From the IMG/VR virus record IMGVR_UViG_3300037112_000155, positions 62,001 to 123,616 of that record: 61,616 nt of DNA; one strand, 5' to 3'. Positions 18,886-28,323 of this stretch are shown piece after piece. The stretch comes from an uncultured virus (IMG/VR IMGVR_UViG_3300037112_000155) (lineage: Duplodnaviria > Heunggongvirae > Uroviricota > Caudoviricetes). Below the pieces are notes generated by a model. That model had not been told where the DNA came from, ran no database searches, and was given only the letters and a program-made list of their open reading frames with translations. Position 1 is the first letter of the stretch. Every line of letters begins with the position of its first letter. Made by a program: the position numbers and the translations under genes.

Positions 18886-19017
18886 ATGCTGACTTTCATC
18901 GCATCGATCCTCGTTCGGGTGATTGCCGGTGTCATCACCGCCCTCATCCTCGCCGCCTTCCTGAAGTCCAACAACTCCGCGACCAACGCGGCAGTGTCGG
19001 CTACCTCGGTTTACTAA
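18886..19017 (+). CDS. 43-aa single-pass membrane peptide (below ORF-track cutoff)
   Basis: GGAG RBS; MLTFIASILVRVIAGVITALILAAFLKSNNSATNAAVSATSVY. Confidence 0.6.
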   Translation: MLTFIASILVRVIAGVITALILAAFLKSNNSATNAAVSATSVY

Positions 19018-19056
19018 CCTGCAACACTGACCTCGACCAGGTCATGGAGCTTCATC

Positions 19057-19536
19057 ATGTCGAAACCCTCAGCCCTCGGAATCTTCGAGTCCGTCGACCG
19101 CGTTGTGACCGGCAGCTGTTACATCGGGGAAGTCATCACCGAGACCATTGAACGTCTCAAGGCCAATCCCGACAACGTCGAAGACGCCATCAAGGCGGCC
19201 ATCATGCAGATCATCATCGACCCTCGGGCCAAGGCCATCGTCTCGATGTACCTGATCCAGTTCAGGGCGAACGAACTGTTCGTCTCCACCCGGAACCTCG
19301 GGTTCAACACCGCCATGGAGCAGGCCAAGACCGAAGTCAATGACCTGCTATCGCCATTCCCCATGCTGGCCCTGGCCAAGCGGATTCACTCCAACAAGGA
19401 GGCTCTCGAGATCGTCTGGACCGACCTGATGGCCGATCCGGATGTGCTGGAAAGCAAGCCGGGATCGTTCACTAAGATCGCCGATGCTTTCCGCATCAGC
19501 CTGTCGTACCTCGAGCCCTTGGATAAGGCAGCCTGA
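19057..19536 (+). CDS. Hypothetical protein
   Basis: GGAG RBS; codon bias. Confidence 0.75.
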   Translation: MSKPSALGIFESVDRVVTGSCYIGEVITETIERLKANPDNVEDAIKAAIMQIIIDPRAKAIVSMYLIQFRANELFVSTRNLGFNTAMEQAKTEVNDLLSPFPMLALAKRIHSNKEALEIVWTDLMADPDVLESKPGSFTKIADAFRISLSYLEPLDKAA

Positions 19537-19898
19537 TGAAGACCTGGGATGCCAGTGCCCTTCTTGGTGGTGATCCGGATCAACCTGGCCGGATCACTAT
19601 CCAGCTGCTGTGCAATCCGGACTTTCCCCTGCCTCTCTCCATCGTGGAGTGCGCAGCCAACCTCGACGTCACCATCCGGATCAAGAAGCCAGAGCTGCAG
19701 GACATTGCTGACCTGGTGATCTTCGATGTGACCTTCGAAGGGCGCTGCCTTGACCTCTCTGAGTTGGACATGCGGATGATTGCATGGACCGAACCTCACG
19801 CAGTGAAACTGAAGAGCCACGAAGAGGTATCGAATGAACGGAATGCCACGTCTGCCACGCCAAACGCTCCCTCGGGAGCTGACGGATCCACAGACTGA
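19536..19898 (+). CDS. Hypothetical protein
   Basis: TGATG overlap with the upstream stop. Confidence 0.65.
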   Translation: MKTWDASALLGGDPDQPGRITIQLLCNPDFPLPLSIVECAANLDVTIRIKKPELQDIADLVIFDVTFEGRCLDLSELDMRMIAWTEPHAVKLKSHEEVSNERNATSATPNAPSGADGSTD

Positions 19899-20163
19899 CC
19901 TTGGCCGGCTGGTTGTACTGACGGGTGATCTCACCGCCGGCACCCAGCTTCGCCGCGCCGTAGCGGGCAAGACCAGAGACTTCATCCAGAAGGCCTGCCC
20001 TCACTACAAGATGTCTCACACCGACGACATTCTGTGTCGCTCCGGGGAAGAAACCGGCCGTGCCTATCGCGGCCGTAACTGTTCGGAATGCACGGTAGGC
20101 CAATTCAGCGCCTCCATGCTGTTCCTGGGCGAGATTCACGAGCCCGATCCAGCTCAGCTCTAA
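19834..20163 (+). CDS. Cys-containing hypothetical protein
   Basis: GAGG RBS; CPHY..C..CSEC. Confidence 0.6.
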   Translation: MNGMPRLPRQTLPRELTDPQTDLGRLVVLTGDLTAGTQLRRAVAGKTRDFIQKACPHYKMSHTDDILCRSGEETGRAYRGRNCSECTVGQFSASMLFLGEIHEPDPAQL

Positions 20164-20232
20164 CTGAGACCGCTTCAACGCGGTATTCCCACAACTGACG
20201 AGAACACAACCGGCCCAAGGAGGGCCTTTTCT

Positions 20233-20628
20233 ATGTATGGAACGAAGACCGTGTACCGCGAGCAGAAGGATTCATCGGGCACCAGCATCGGGATGGACAA
20301 GCACGTCGAGGCCACTGTCGAAGGCCGCGTGCTGATGGCAGCCGGCGAGCCGGTGAAGGACCGCTTCGACCGCCTGTACGTTGGCATCCCGATCGAGGCC
20401 GAGCCTGGTTTCGACCGTTACGTGCAGTCCGCAGATCCGCTGATCCACGAGCAGCTCCTCTCCCTTGCGAAGGGCGACGTTGTGCGTGCGAAGGGCGTGC
20501 TGCAGAGCAGCAAGCGCGGCAACGGCAGCAACATCCGGCTGGAGTCGATCACAGTCATCAGCAAGGCCCCTCAGGGACCTATTGCGGTGGCTGCGGCGTC
20601 ATCCAATTCGGGTGAGCAGGCAGCGTAG
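20233..20628 (+). CDS. Possible OB-fold nucleic-acid-binding protein
   Basis: L.KGDVVRAKGVLQ...IRLESITVI beta-strand pattern; AAGGAGG RBS. Confidence 0.5.
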   Translation: MYGTKTVYREQKDSSGTSIGMDKHVEATVEGRVLMAAGEPVKDRFDRLYVGIPIEAEPGFDRYVQSADPLIHEQLLSLAKGDVVRAKGVLQSSKRGNGSNIRLESITVISKAPQGPIAVAAASSNSGEQAA

Positions 20629-20910
20629 TCGAGCTAAGGTTCGACTTTGTCCATGCGGAGGGTGGGGAATGGCATGTTCCCCTACCCTCCACTGGAGCTT
20701 TTGGAGTGGAACTACGGTTTTCACCGTACTGTTTTCCCGCTCTAGTATAGGCAAACTTGTCTCAACCCGGTAACCAGCGGGTCAGGAAGGGTCATTTTGG
20801 ATACCAAACGGCGCGTCCTGGTGGCTACCAATGCAGCTTTGGTTGGCACCCTCCTGCCAGGCATTCTGGAAGCATCTCAACGCGTCATCGAACTCAAGAA
20901 AGAAGACGAC

Positions 20911-21105
20911 ATGAACTCAGCTGCTGTACTCACCGCCCTCGCCAGTTCGCTTGGCGCCGGCATGCCATCCATCGAGGCTGCAACGCCGTCCGGCGGCGGC
21001 GGCCGTCCACGTCAGTTCAAATGCACCAACGGCAAGTCCAAGGTTTCGCAACGCTCGCGCGGCAACCGCCGCAAGGCTGCGAACAAGGCTCACCGCAAGG
21101 CCTAA
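20911..21105 (+). CDS. Small basic protein (start uncertain)
   Basis: Arg/Lys-rich C-terminus; codon bias. Confidence 0.5.
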   Translation: MNSAAVLTALASSLGAGMPSIEAATPSGGGGRPRQFKCTNGKSKVSQRSRGNRRKAANKAHRKA

Positions 21106-21625
21106 CTGGTGGATCGGGGTATTCATGCGCCTGATTGATCTCTGTCTGTGGTTCCTGCTCCCACTCGCACTCGCGGTGTGGGACCGGTGGGACATCACGG
21201 ACACAATGAAGTTGGGGACGGTTCCGGTTACGCTTCGTTCGGAACCTGTTACGGCCACACTGGCCGTATGCCCTTCGCATCGAAGATTTGGCACAGGGAA
21301 TTGGACCCTGGTCGCCACTTCAAATGATGACCAGCGAAGCAAGTGGAGACACAGGTAACAAAGAGTAAGCGGACTGGTCGCTATCACGGATAGCGTGTCG
21401 ACCGCATTCAGTTTCATCGCCACCAGTCTGTGTGGAATCACCCTGCATGTTCGGACGAGAGATCACGAGTGCAGGTCGGGAGCCGGTCCCGTCCATGAAA
21501 CCGGTAGTTGGCACGCTTGCCAACGGAGGTACGCTTATGAAGAGCCGCTAATGAACTCCTCAGCCAGGAGCCGGGGTGAAAGCCCCGGCCTTTGGTACAT
21601 TCACCTGGCGCTGCATGCTGGGACC

Positions 21626-22084
21626 ATGAAAACGTCACCTGCAGGATTCGCACTGATCCAAGACAACGAAGGATTCAAGCGCTTCGCTACACCGGACGCC
21701 AAGGGCAAGATGTCCATTGGCTACGGTCACGACCTACTTCCCGGTGAATCTTACCCGAATGGAATTGAACAGCCCGAGGGTGCGGAGCTACTGGTCACGG
21801 ACGTTGGCTATGCAGAGCACGCCGTCGACACCTTGGTTCTGACCTCTGTATCCATTCACCAGGAGCAGTATGACTCTCTGGTGGACTGGATCTACAACGA
21901 TGGCACGGAGGCCTTCGCTACCTCAACGCTGCTGCGCCTGCTGAAGGCGGGACGCTTTACTGAAGCAGCGTATGAGATGCACAGCTGGTGCCATGCCGGC
22001 CTCAAGGTTATACGCGGCCTGCTGAAGCGACGCTGCACTGAAGTCGTCCTGTTTCTCACCAATTGCCCGCCTGATAAGGCCTAA
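21626..22084 (+). CDS. Lysozyme / endolysin, GH24
   Basis: NEG...D..G..SIGYGH; Q.DSLV.W.YN.G..AF..STLLRLL..G; GL..RR..E..LF. Confidence 0.9.
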   Translation: MKTSPAGFALIQDNEGFKRFATPDAKGKMSIGYGHDLLPGESYPNGIEQPEGAELLVTDVGYAEHAVDTLVLTSVSIHQEQYDSLVDWIYNDGTEAFATSTLLRLLKAGRFTEAAYEMHSWCHAGLKVIRGLLKRRCTEVVLFLTNCPPDKA

Positions 22085-22113
22085 CCAGATCTGAGCACGC
22101 CTCAGGAGGATTC

Positions 22114-22764
22114 ATGTCAGTACAGAACAAGATTCGCCGTTGGACATTCATTGCCAAGGTTGTCAAGGACGGCAAGGTGAGCACCTTTCAGCCGCCCGCT
22201 CTGACCATTGGCAACCGTGCAGCGGCCCGCAAGGCAGCGAACGAGATGCTTGAGAACATCACCGCAACTGATGGCCGGTTCGTTGGCTGCAAGGTAACGG
22301 TCGAGCCCGAGGCTCACGAGGTGGTCAGCGATGCCATTCTCAACCAGATCAATGGCCTGGAACAGCAGACCAACATGATCATCCGCGCGCTCAAGTCCGC
22401 TTGCACCCGCCTGGTCAACCTGGACCCGGCCAAGCCCGAGTCCGAGGAAGAGTTCAACAATGCCGTCACCGCCCTGATCGGAGAGTTTGCTCTCGAACAG
22501 CAGGCATTGATGGAAGTCGAGAAGCTCAAGGAACGCGGCATCGATCCGAGCACAATCGTGCCCGAGGATCAGGCCCTGGATCTCGAAGGTGAGTTTGCCG
22601 GCGCGTTCACCGCCAGCTCCGAGGACTGCCCCAAGCCGTGTTGCGGTGATGGTGGCTGTGCCGAGGGATGTGGCGACGCAGGATGCGGTAAGAGCGCACC
22701 CGCGGCGGAGCCGGCAGCTGAGCCGTTTCCGGATGGTCAGTTCGCGGAAGAGGTTGCAGCCTAA
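22114..22764 (+). CDS. Hypothetical protein with acidic Cys/Gly-rich tail
   Basis: AGGAGG RBS. Confidence 0.75.
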   Translation: MSVQNKIRRWTFIAKVVKDGKVSTFQPPALTIGNRAAARKAANEMLENITATDGRFVGCKVTVEPEAHEVVSDAILNQINGLEQQTNMIIRALKSACTRLVNLDPAKPESEEEFNNAVTALIGEFALEQQALMEVEKLKERGIDPSTIVPEDQALDLEGEFAGAFTASSEDCPKPCCGDGGCAEGCGDAGCGKSAPAAEPAAEPFPDGQFAEEVAA

Positions 22765-23036
22765 TGGCGGTCAGCCTGCTCAAGATGTCCGAAGAGTTGG
22801 AGGCAGCGTCCCTTCGTATGGAAGGGGCGCTTGCCGAGCTGGGATCCATGGATCGCATGACCAACATCGAGTCCTACATCCTGGGCAACGTGCGCTGCGC
22901 ACAGGCGGGCATTCGCTCCGCCATCGACTTTGTCCAACAGTGCAAGGCCTACAAAGAGGCAGGCACGACCGACAAGGCAGCATCCAAGCGCCAACCATCG
23001 CCAAGGATACTGCCACCTACTACTGAGCCTGGGTGA
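22764..23036 (+). CDS. Hypothetical protein
   Basis: TAATG overlap. Confidence 0.65.
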   Translation: MAVSLLKMSEELEAASLRMEGALAELGSMDRMTNIESYILGNVRCAQAGIRSAIDFVQQCKAYKEAGTTDKAASKRQPSPRILPPTTEPG

Positions 23037-23058
23037 CCAGGCCTAAGTAGTTCACCTG

Positions 23059-23083
23059 AGCCCCGGCTAACCCCGGGGCTTTT
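23059..23083 (+). terminator. Rho-independent terminator
   Basis: AGCCCCGG-CTAACC-CCGGGGCT followed by TTT. Confidence 0.7.
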
Positions 23084-23107
23084 AGTTTGGAACAAGGAGA
23101 TATTCTC

Positions 23108-23584
23108 ATGGCAGAAAACACCTACGTTGAGCCCACATACTGGGGCGACAAGCTGTCCGGCAAGCTCAAGCTGAGCGTGCGTGGTATTGGCACCAGTCTC
23201 AAGGGCTGGCGTCAGAACAACGCCAAGGAGTCTCTCGAGGCCGAGCTGGCCAAGATCATCGAGACCGCCAACGGTCACAAGGCCAAGGGCAAGGCCGCCG
23301 GCAATCCCGTATTCGCGGAGTTGGAGAAGAAGGCCTTCGAACGCATCGACAAGTATTGCACCAAGTACGGGGTTACCCGTGCAGAGGTGGAGGCGCAGGC
23401 GCCCGCGCTCGCGGAGCTGCACGCTCTCACCATCTCCGCCAGGCCCATGTCCCCGGGTCTCAAGATCCTGGGCACGCTAATTGGTGGTGGTCTGTTCCTG
23501 GCCATCATCGGCATGGCTTCAGGCGTCATCAGCGCCAGCCACAGCTGGATGGTTCACATCCTGACTCACACACCGCTTCACTAG
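23108..23584 (+). CDS. Protein with C-terminal transmembrane segment
   Basis: AAGGAG RBS; ILGTLIGGGLFLAIIG. Confidence 0.75.
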   Translation: MAENTYVEPTYWGDKLSGKLKLSVRGIGTSLKGWRQNNAKESLEAELAKIIETANGHKAKGKAAGNPVFAELEKKAFERIDKYCTKYGVTRAEVEAQAPALAELHALTISARPMSPGLKILGTLIGGGLFLAIIGMASGVISASHSWMVHILTHTPLH

Positions 23585-23601
23585 GCCTGAAAGGAGGGCT
23601 T

Positions 23602-23937
23602 ATGCCACTCTGGCTGCTATGGCTGATCCCTTCGTATGAGGTCGGCTTCTGGAGCGCCATCCTGCTCCGTCGCAAGTCTCACAATCCCAAACGGGACCGG
23701 GAGATCTTGATCTACGGTGCAGGTGGTGCTCAACATCACATCCCGATCGTGGATGAACGGCTGCGCAGGCAAGCGGGCTCGGCCACTAAGTGGCAGGCAC
23801 GCGTGGCAAGCTGGACGGTCTCGTGCTCACGCTGGCTGGTGAACTCGAAGGCGTTCGAGCACCTGGCACTCATCGCCATCCGCAAGCGCTGGCCTGGCCA
23901 GAAACCGATCAGCTCGACCGTGAGGTTGTTCACATGA
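23602..23937 (+). CDS. Putative membrane protein
   Basis: AAGGAGG RBS before MPLWLLW. Confidence 0.6.
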   Translation: MPLWLLWLIPSYEVGFWSAILLRRKSHNPKRDREILIYGAGGAQHHIPIVDERLRRQAGSATKWQARVASWTVSCSRWLVNSKAFEHLALIAIRKRWPGQKPISSTVRLFT

Positions 23938-24086
23938 TCGACTTCCTCAGGCTCTATTGCATGATCGCGCTGCCGGTAGGATGTGTGATCTACGTCATCT
24001 ACTGGACGACTCTGAAAATCACCTCCATTGTGGCTGGCTGGATCGATAGTTACTTCGATCGCCAGCTTCAGGAGGATGCGACATGA
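23934..24086 (+). CDS. Small membrane protein
   Basis: ATGA overlap; hydrophobic. Confidence 0.55.
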   Translation: MIDFLRLYCMIALPVGCVIYVIYWTTLKITSIVAGWIDSYFDRQLQEDAT

Positions 24087-24286
24087 CCAAGATCATGGCT
24101 GCATGTGCGCTGGCTGCAGGCGCTGTCCTGCTCTGGCTGGTCTGGCGCGCCGAGTTCATCGTCAAGATGCTCGAGCATACCCAGATCTGCATGGTCAACG
24201 GTGAACGAGCCAGTCTCTGGTTCAAAACGCGTGGCGAGATGAACCGCTACGAAGAACGCAAACGTCAGGAGGCGACACCCGCATGA
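24083..24286 (+). CDS. Small membrane protein
   Basis: AGGAGG RBS; ATGA overlap. Confidence 0.65.
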   Translation: MTKIMAACALAAGAVLLWLVWRAEFIVKMLEHTQICMVNGERASLWFKTRGEMNRYEERKRQEATPA

Positions 24287-24456
24287 TGAGTAAAGTCCTC
24301 GCAATTCTGTACTTCATGGGCCTGGGCTTTGCCTGGGGCATCTGCTACGTCGTCGGGTGTTACACCGGCGAGTGGCTGGTCAGCTATGTCAAGGGCAAGT
24401 ACCAGGAGCGGAAGACACGCTTGCGTGCCAGCTTCAGCAAGCAGGTTGCCGCATGA
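24283..24456 (+). CDS. 57-aa membrane protein (below ORF-track cutoff)
   Basis: MMSKVLAILYFMGLGFAWGICYVVG...FSKQVAA; ATGA overlaps at both ends. Confidence 0.6.
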   Translation: MMSKVLAILYFMGLGFAWGICYVVGCYTGEWLVSYVKGKYQERKTRLRASFSKQVAA

Positions 24457-24800
24457 TGATCACACCATCCAACTCAGGCTCTGCGATCGCCGGCGTCGGC
24501 GTCGGAGCCTTCGCATGGTCGGCCTTTCTCAAGATCGACAAGATCCCGATCCTCAAACGGTTCGTTCCCACCCAGCGCAAGGAGCAGACCCTCGCCTGGA
24601 TGAACAAGAACAAGAGCCTCAGCCTGCTCGGGCTGGAGGCCATCAACTTTGCGATTCATGGCATCACCTCAGCCAACGCTGTGATCTTCGCACTGGGCAA
24701 CACCATCTTCAATGTGGCCATGCTGTTTGCGTATCTGCCGCTACGCCAGCGGAAGATCAGCAAGGAGCACACCAAGACCATTCTGAGAGGAGCGGCATGA
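24453..24800 (+). CDS. Membrane protein
   Basis: ATGA overlap; three hydrophobic segments. Confidence 0.65.
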   Translation: MMITPSNSGSAIAGVGVGAFAWSAFLKIDKIPILKRFVPTQRKEQTLAWMNKNKSLSLLGLEAINFAIHGITSANAVIFALGNTIFNVAMLFAYLPLRQRKISKEHTKTILRGAA

Positions 24801-24958
24801 AACTAACGATCCTGGCCATTCTCGGCCTGATCTTCATTGGGACGGTCAGACTGGCGCAGTTCATCGCTGCCTGCTTCTGCATCCTGTTCTTTGGCTACAC
24901 CACCTACGAATTACTTTGCACGTTTCGTCACCCGGGGCGCAAACAGCGCGCGGCTTAG
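24797..24958 (+). CDS. Small membrane protein
   Basis: GAGGAG RBS; MKLTILAILGLIFIG. Confidence 0.6.
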   Translation: MKLTILAILGLIFIGTVRLAQFIAACFCILFFGYTTYELLCTFRHPGRKQRAA

Positions 24959-24988
24959 CACCACAAATCCAACACCAGGAGCATCACC

Positions 24989-25204
24989 ATGAAACTGATC
25001 TTCGGATTCATCACGCTGGTCCTCGCAGTTGTTCTCACGGGCGGCATCTACCTCTTCGTTCGCAAGGACGAAGGCAAGAAGTCTGACCTGGCCACGTTCA
25101 AGGCCATCCCCACCAAAGCCAAGGCCACCGCGGCCAAGTTCGGTCAGTATCTGACCTCGCTGTTCGCGTCCAAGCCTGCAGCGGACACCGCTCAAGCAGC
25201 GTAG
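24989..25204 (+). CDS. Small N-anchored membrane protein
   Basis: AGGAG RBS. Confidence 0.7.
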   Translation: MKLIFGFITLVLAVVLTGGIYLFVRKDEGKKSDLATFKAIPTKAKATAAKFGQYLTSLFASKPAADTAQAA

Positions 25205-25507
25205 TCCGCATCCCTGAATAACCTGCTCGCATCAGGTGGTGCGAGCAGGGCCTATCTGGAGAACCACATGTTTCAGTTGCTCATCACCACGTTCATCATC
25301 ACGGGCCGGAATGTTCCCGCCGTCACCACGTCCATCACCACGTTTGATCTCGCCAAAGACGCAGAGATCGCATTCAAGTTGCTCAATGAGCCCACGGATT
25401 CAGTAGTCAAGCGATCAGCCATTCGGCTGTACCTGCAGTAGGAGAGTCATGCGCAAGATTCATCCAACGAACTGTCAGTGTCCAAAGTGCAAGCGGAAGG
25501 AGAACCT

Positions 25508-25852
25508 ATGCAAGTAGTCCACTGCAAACGTGAGCCATCCACCGTCTACATCGGTCGTGGCTCCGACATGGGCAATCCGTTCACCCATCTGCCCCTGTCC
25601 AAGACTAAGGCCTACGTCCAGGTCCTTTGCGTTGCTGACGCTGTGTCCTATTGCGAGAACTGGGCACGCGGGAGCACTACGTGGGATCATGTCATCCCAC
25701 CTGCAGTCCGCACCAAGTTCCTGGCCAAGCTCAAGACGCTTCGGGAGACTGACGTGCTGGGCTGCTTTTGCAGGCCGATGCACGAGTGCCACGGCGATAT
25801 CATCGCTGTGCTGCATGCCGAGTATCGTGCAGGAACCTTCATTATCCCTTGA
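25508..25852 (+). CDS. DUF4326-like protein
   Basis: VYIGRGS..GNPF ... LGCFC.P..CHGD. Confidence 0.85.
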   Translation: MQVVHCKREPSTVYIGRGSDMGNPFTHLPLSKTKAYVQVLCVADAVSYCENWARGSTTWDHVIPPAVRTKFLAKLKTLRETDVLGCFCRPMHECHGDIIAVLHAEYRAGTFIIP

Positions 25853-26137
25853 AAGCCTTCATCTTCCTGTTCACCCTCATCATTGCACTCGGCGCCGCCG
25901 TGTGCATCTCTCTCAGGATGTCCGTGAGCCTGCGCAAGCAGGTGCTCGGCGTCCTCATCCCCTTTCCCAACCCGGAGAACGCATGAAAACCGTCCTGTTC
26001 TGGATCGGCGTCGTTATCGTGGGCTTGCTCAGCGTGCAGATCCTGGCCGGCCTGGTCAACCTGTTCTCAGCTGGCATCCAGTCTGTGGCTACCAGCCTCA
26101 GGGTGCGTGCCTACGAGAAAGCTATGAAGGTCGCGGC

Positions 26138-26545
26138 ATGAAAACAGTCATCGCCTTCTGGGCTGCCGTGCTGGCCTTCGCCGGCGGCTGGCTGTACTGG
26201 CGCAATCGGAAGCGCTACATGAAGAAGTCAGTGGTTTGGCTTATATCGAAGAGCGTCACGGAGCTGCTAGTTTTACTCCTGACAGCCTCGGTACTGCCTG
26301 CCCTGCTTATCGTGTGGCTCGTGGTCTGGATCACCAGGCCGATCAAAACCCCCTGGGTGCGCACCGTCATCGGCGTGCTCAGCGGCATCAGCTTCGCCTT
26401 CATGTCCAGCTTCGCGCTGGAGGCTCTCATCTTCCTTGGCATCTTTGCCATCGACATGAAGACGGGCGAACACGAGGGCGGCTTCCTGCACTGCTGGAAG
26501 CAAGCCAAGTCCGAACAATCGACAGACATGCCCATGGCGGCATGA
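26138..26545 (+). CDS. Membrane protein
   Basis: Several hydrophobic helices; ATGA overlap. Confidence 0.7.
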   Translation: MKTVIAFWAAVLAFAGGWLYWRNRKRYMKKSVVWLISKSVTELLVLLLTASVLPALLIVWLVVWITRPIKTPWVRTVIGVLSGISFAFMSSFALEALIFLGIFAIDMKTGEHEGGFLHCWKQAKSEQSTDMPMAA

Positions 26546-26555
26546 GGAGAACACC

Positions 26556-26777
26556 GTGGTCACCATCACCTACACCGAACGCGAGATCAAGCAACTGATC
26601 GCTAACGATGCGAATCAGCGGCTGGGCTCGCTGGCGGTCAGTTCTGACAGCATCCACTTGCTGGTGAAATCCAGCCAGAACTACAAGTCCACCTGGGAGT
26701 CAGCTGGAACGCTGGCGACCAATGACCCTGCGGAGCTGGCCAAGGTGCCAGAGCTGAAGGCCGAGCTGAAAGCCTGA
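26556..26777 (+). CDS. Hypothetical protein
   Basis: GAGGAG RBS; VKS.QNYKS.WE motif. Confidence 0.7.
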   Translation: MVTITYTEREIKQLIANDANQRLGSLAVSSDSIHLLVKSSQNYKSTWESAGTLATNDPAELAKVPELKAELKA

Positions 26778-26787
26778 GGAGGCCTGC

Positions 26788-27096
26788 ATGGCTAACTGGA
26801 TCACGGTGCGTCGCAGCGATGGCTACGACGTCGACATCAACCTGGACATGTGCTCACACATCGCTCGCACTCCGGACTCTATCCGGGTGAGTACAACCAC
26901 CGCTGTGATCCTGTTGAAGGGCGATGAGATCGAGGACTTCGAGAAGAAGCTCGCGAGTGCGTGGCCTCACCGCTATAGCCGTGAGGAGAAGCTGCTCATG
27001 ACGCAGGAATCCAGAACTCGTCCGTGTGCCATGCCCAGCACTGCCCACCTTACTGCCGGCTCGTCCGGCCCACCCGTTCACGCTTCATCTGTCTGA
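26788..27096 (+). CDS. Hypothetical protein
   Basis: GAGGAGG RBS. Confidence 0.65.
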   Translation: MANWITVRRSDGYDVDINLDMCSHIARTPDSIRVSTTTAVILLKGDEIEDFEKKLASAWPHRYSREEKLLMTQESRTRPCAMPSTAHLTAGSSGPPVHASSV

Positions 27097-27103
27097 GGAC
27101 ATT

Positions 27104-27340
27104 ATGGCCAAGCTGATCTATAACCAGGACCTCAACATGGTCTATCCCGCGCCGGAAGACGGCCGGGAACTGAAGTCCTACGAATACGCGCTCCAATGTC
27201 CTGCATGCGGATTCGACGACATGACTGACCTGCGTGCGGCGAAGTTCTTTCCACCCTTCGTGTGTGGGGATGACGAGACAGGGTGTGGCACCATGTTCAC
27301 CCTCGACGAGATTCGTGACTCCTATCTCCAACGGGTCTAG
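27104..27340 (+). CDS. Small Zn-ribbon-like protein
   Basis: CPAC ... CG....GCG. Confidence 0.65.
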   Translation: MAKLIYNQDLNMVYPAPEDGRELKSYEYALQCPACGFDDMTDLRAAKFFPPFVCGDDETGCGTMFTLDEIRDSYLQRV

Positions 27341-27555
27341 TAGTTTCACCTTATTCGATTGGCTTCGGCCAACCGATATGGTGATCACAGCTTGGAGTCA
27401 CCCGCCCAACCTGTCCTGATCGAGACGCGCGGCTTCCATCCTGGTGCGCAGATGTCTCAGGACCTCCAAGCACACGACCTGATATACGAGGCAGTTGGTC
27501 TGCCGCACAGGCTTCTGCCTCGTATACCAGGCACTCAACTGAAAGGGCGACCCAA

Positions 27556-28023
27556 TTGGACAAGTCTCTGCAGCTAGCAAAGGAGTGGAAGACGGCTCCG
27601 CGTATGGACATGGGCATCGCGATCGAGCATCTCGCGCAACAGACCCAGCGCCTGACTGACCTCGTTCGCTACCAGCGGCACGAGCTGTTCGAAGCGAAGC
27701 TCATCAGTCTGGAAGAATTCACAGCCCTGGTCACCGATTCCGAGAACGGACAACGTGTTGCCCGGCTTGAGGGATACGACGAGGCGATCAGGAAGCTGCA
27801 GCCCAGTCCTTCGGCGAGTATCCTGCCCCCGTTGCCGTCCGAACGCTTCTGGTTCGACGACTCGGACGTTATGGCTGAGGTACAGGACACCGAGTACGCC
27901 CGAGGCAAGGTAGCTCACAGCCTCATGGTCATGACTTGCAACGAGAAGTATGCGCTGTATCGTGCTGTGGTTGCCCTGGCACGAAAACAGCTCAACGAGA
28001 CGCCCATAAACACGGCAGTCTGA
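27556..28023 (+). CDS. Hypothetical protein
   Basis: RL.DLVR.QR.EL....LIS.EE...L.......V.RLE.YD pattern. Confidence 0.7.
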   Translation: MDKSLQLAKEWKTAPRMDMGIAIEHLAQQTQRLTDLVRYQRHELFEAKLISLEEFTALVTDSENGQRVARLEGYDEAIRKLQPSPSASILPPLPSERFWFDDSDVMAEVQDTEYARGKVAHSLMVMTCNEKYALYRAVVALARKQLNETPINTAV

Positions 28024-28323
28024 AGCGAAGGGAACCACAGTCTTCACCGTAGGGAGTCCGGACATTGAGTGCCGGACAACTATCCCGATCGTGGACTGCC
28101 CGGGGTCTTCAGACATCAAGGTGGGGCTGGTGAAAACCAGCCCTGCCGCGAGATTGAGAATGCACGGTCGGCGGAGCGCATAGCGCATGTGCGTAGATGT
28201 CAGGCCGTGTTGGAGCGACAAGAGAGACAGCCACGAAGCGGAGATCCGTGATCGGCTCAACCCTCTCGGGCGCCTTGTGCAAAGGGTGCCCTAGCTCCTC
28301 GAATTGAACCAAGGAAGGGAATC

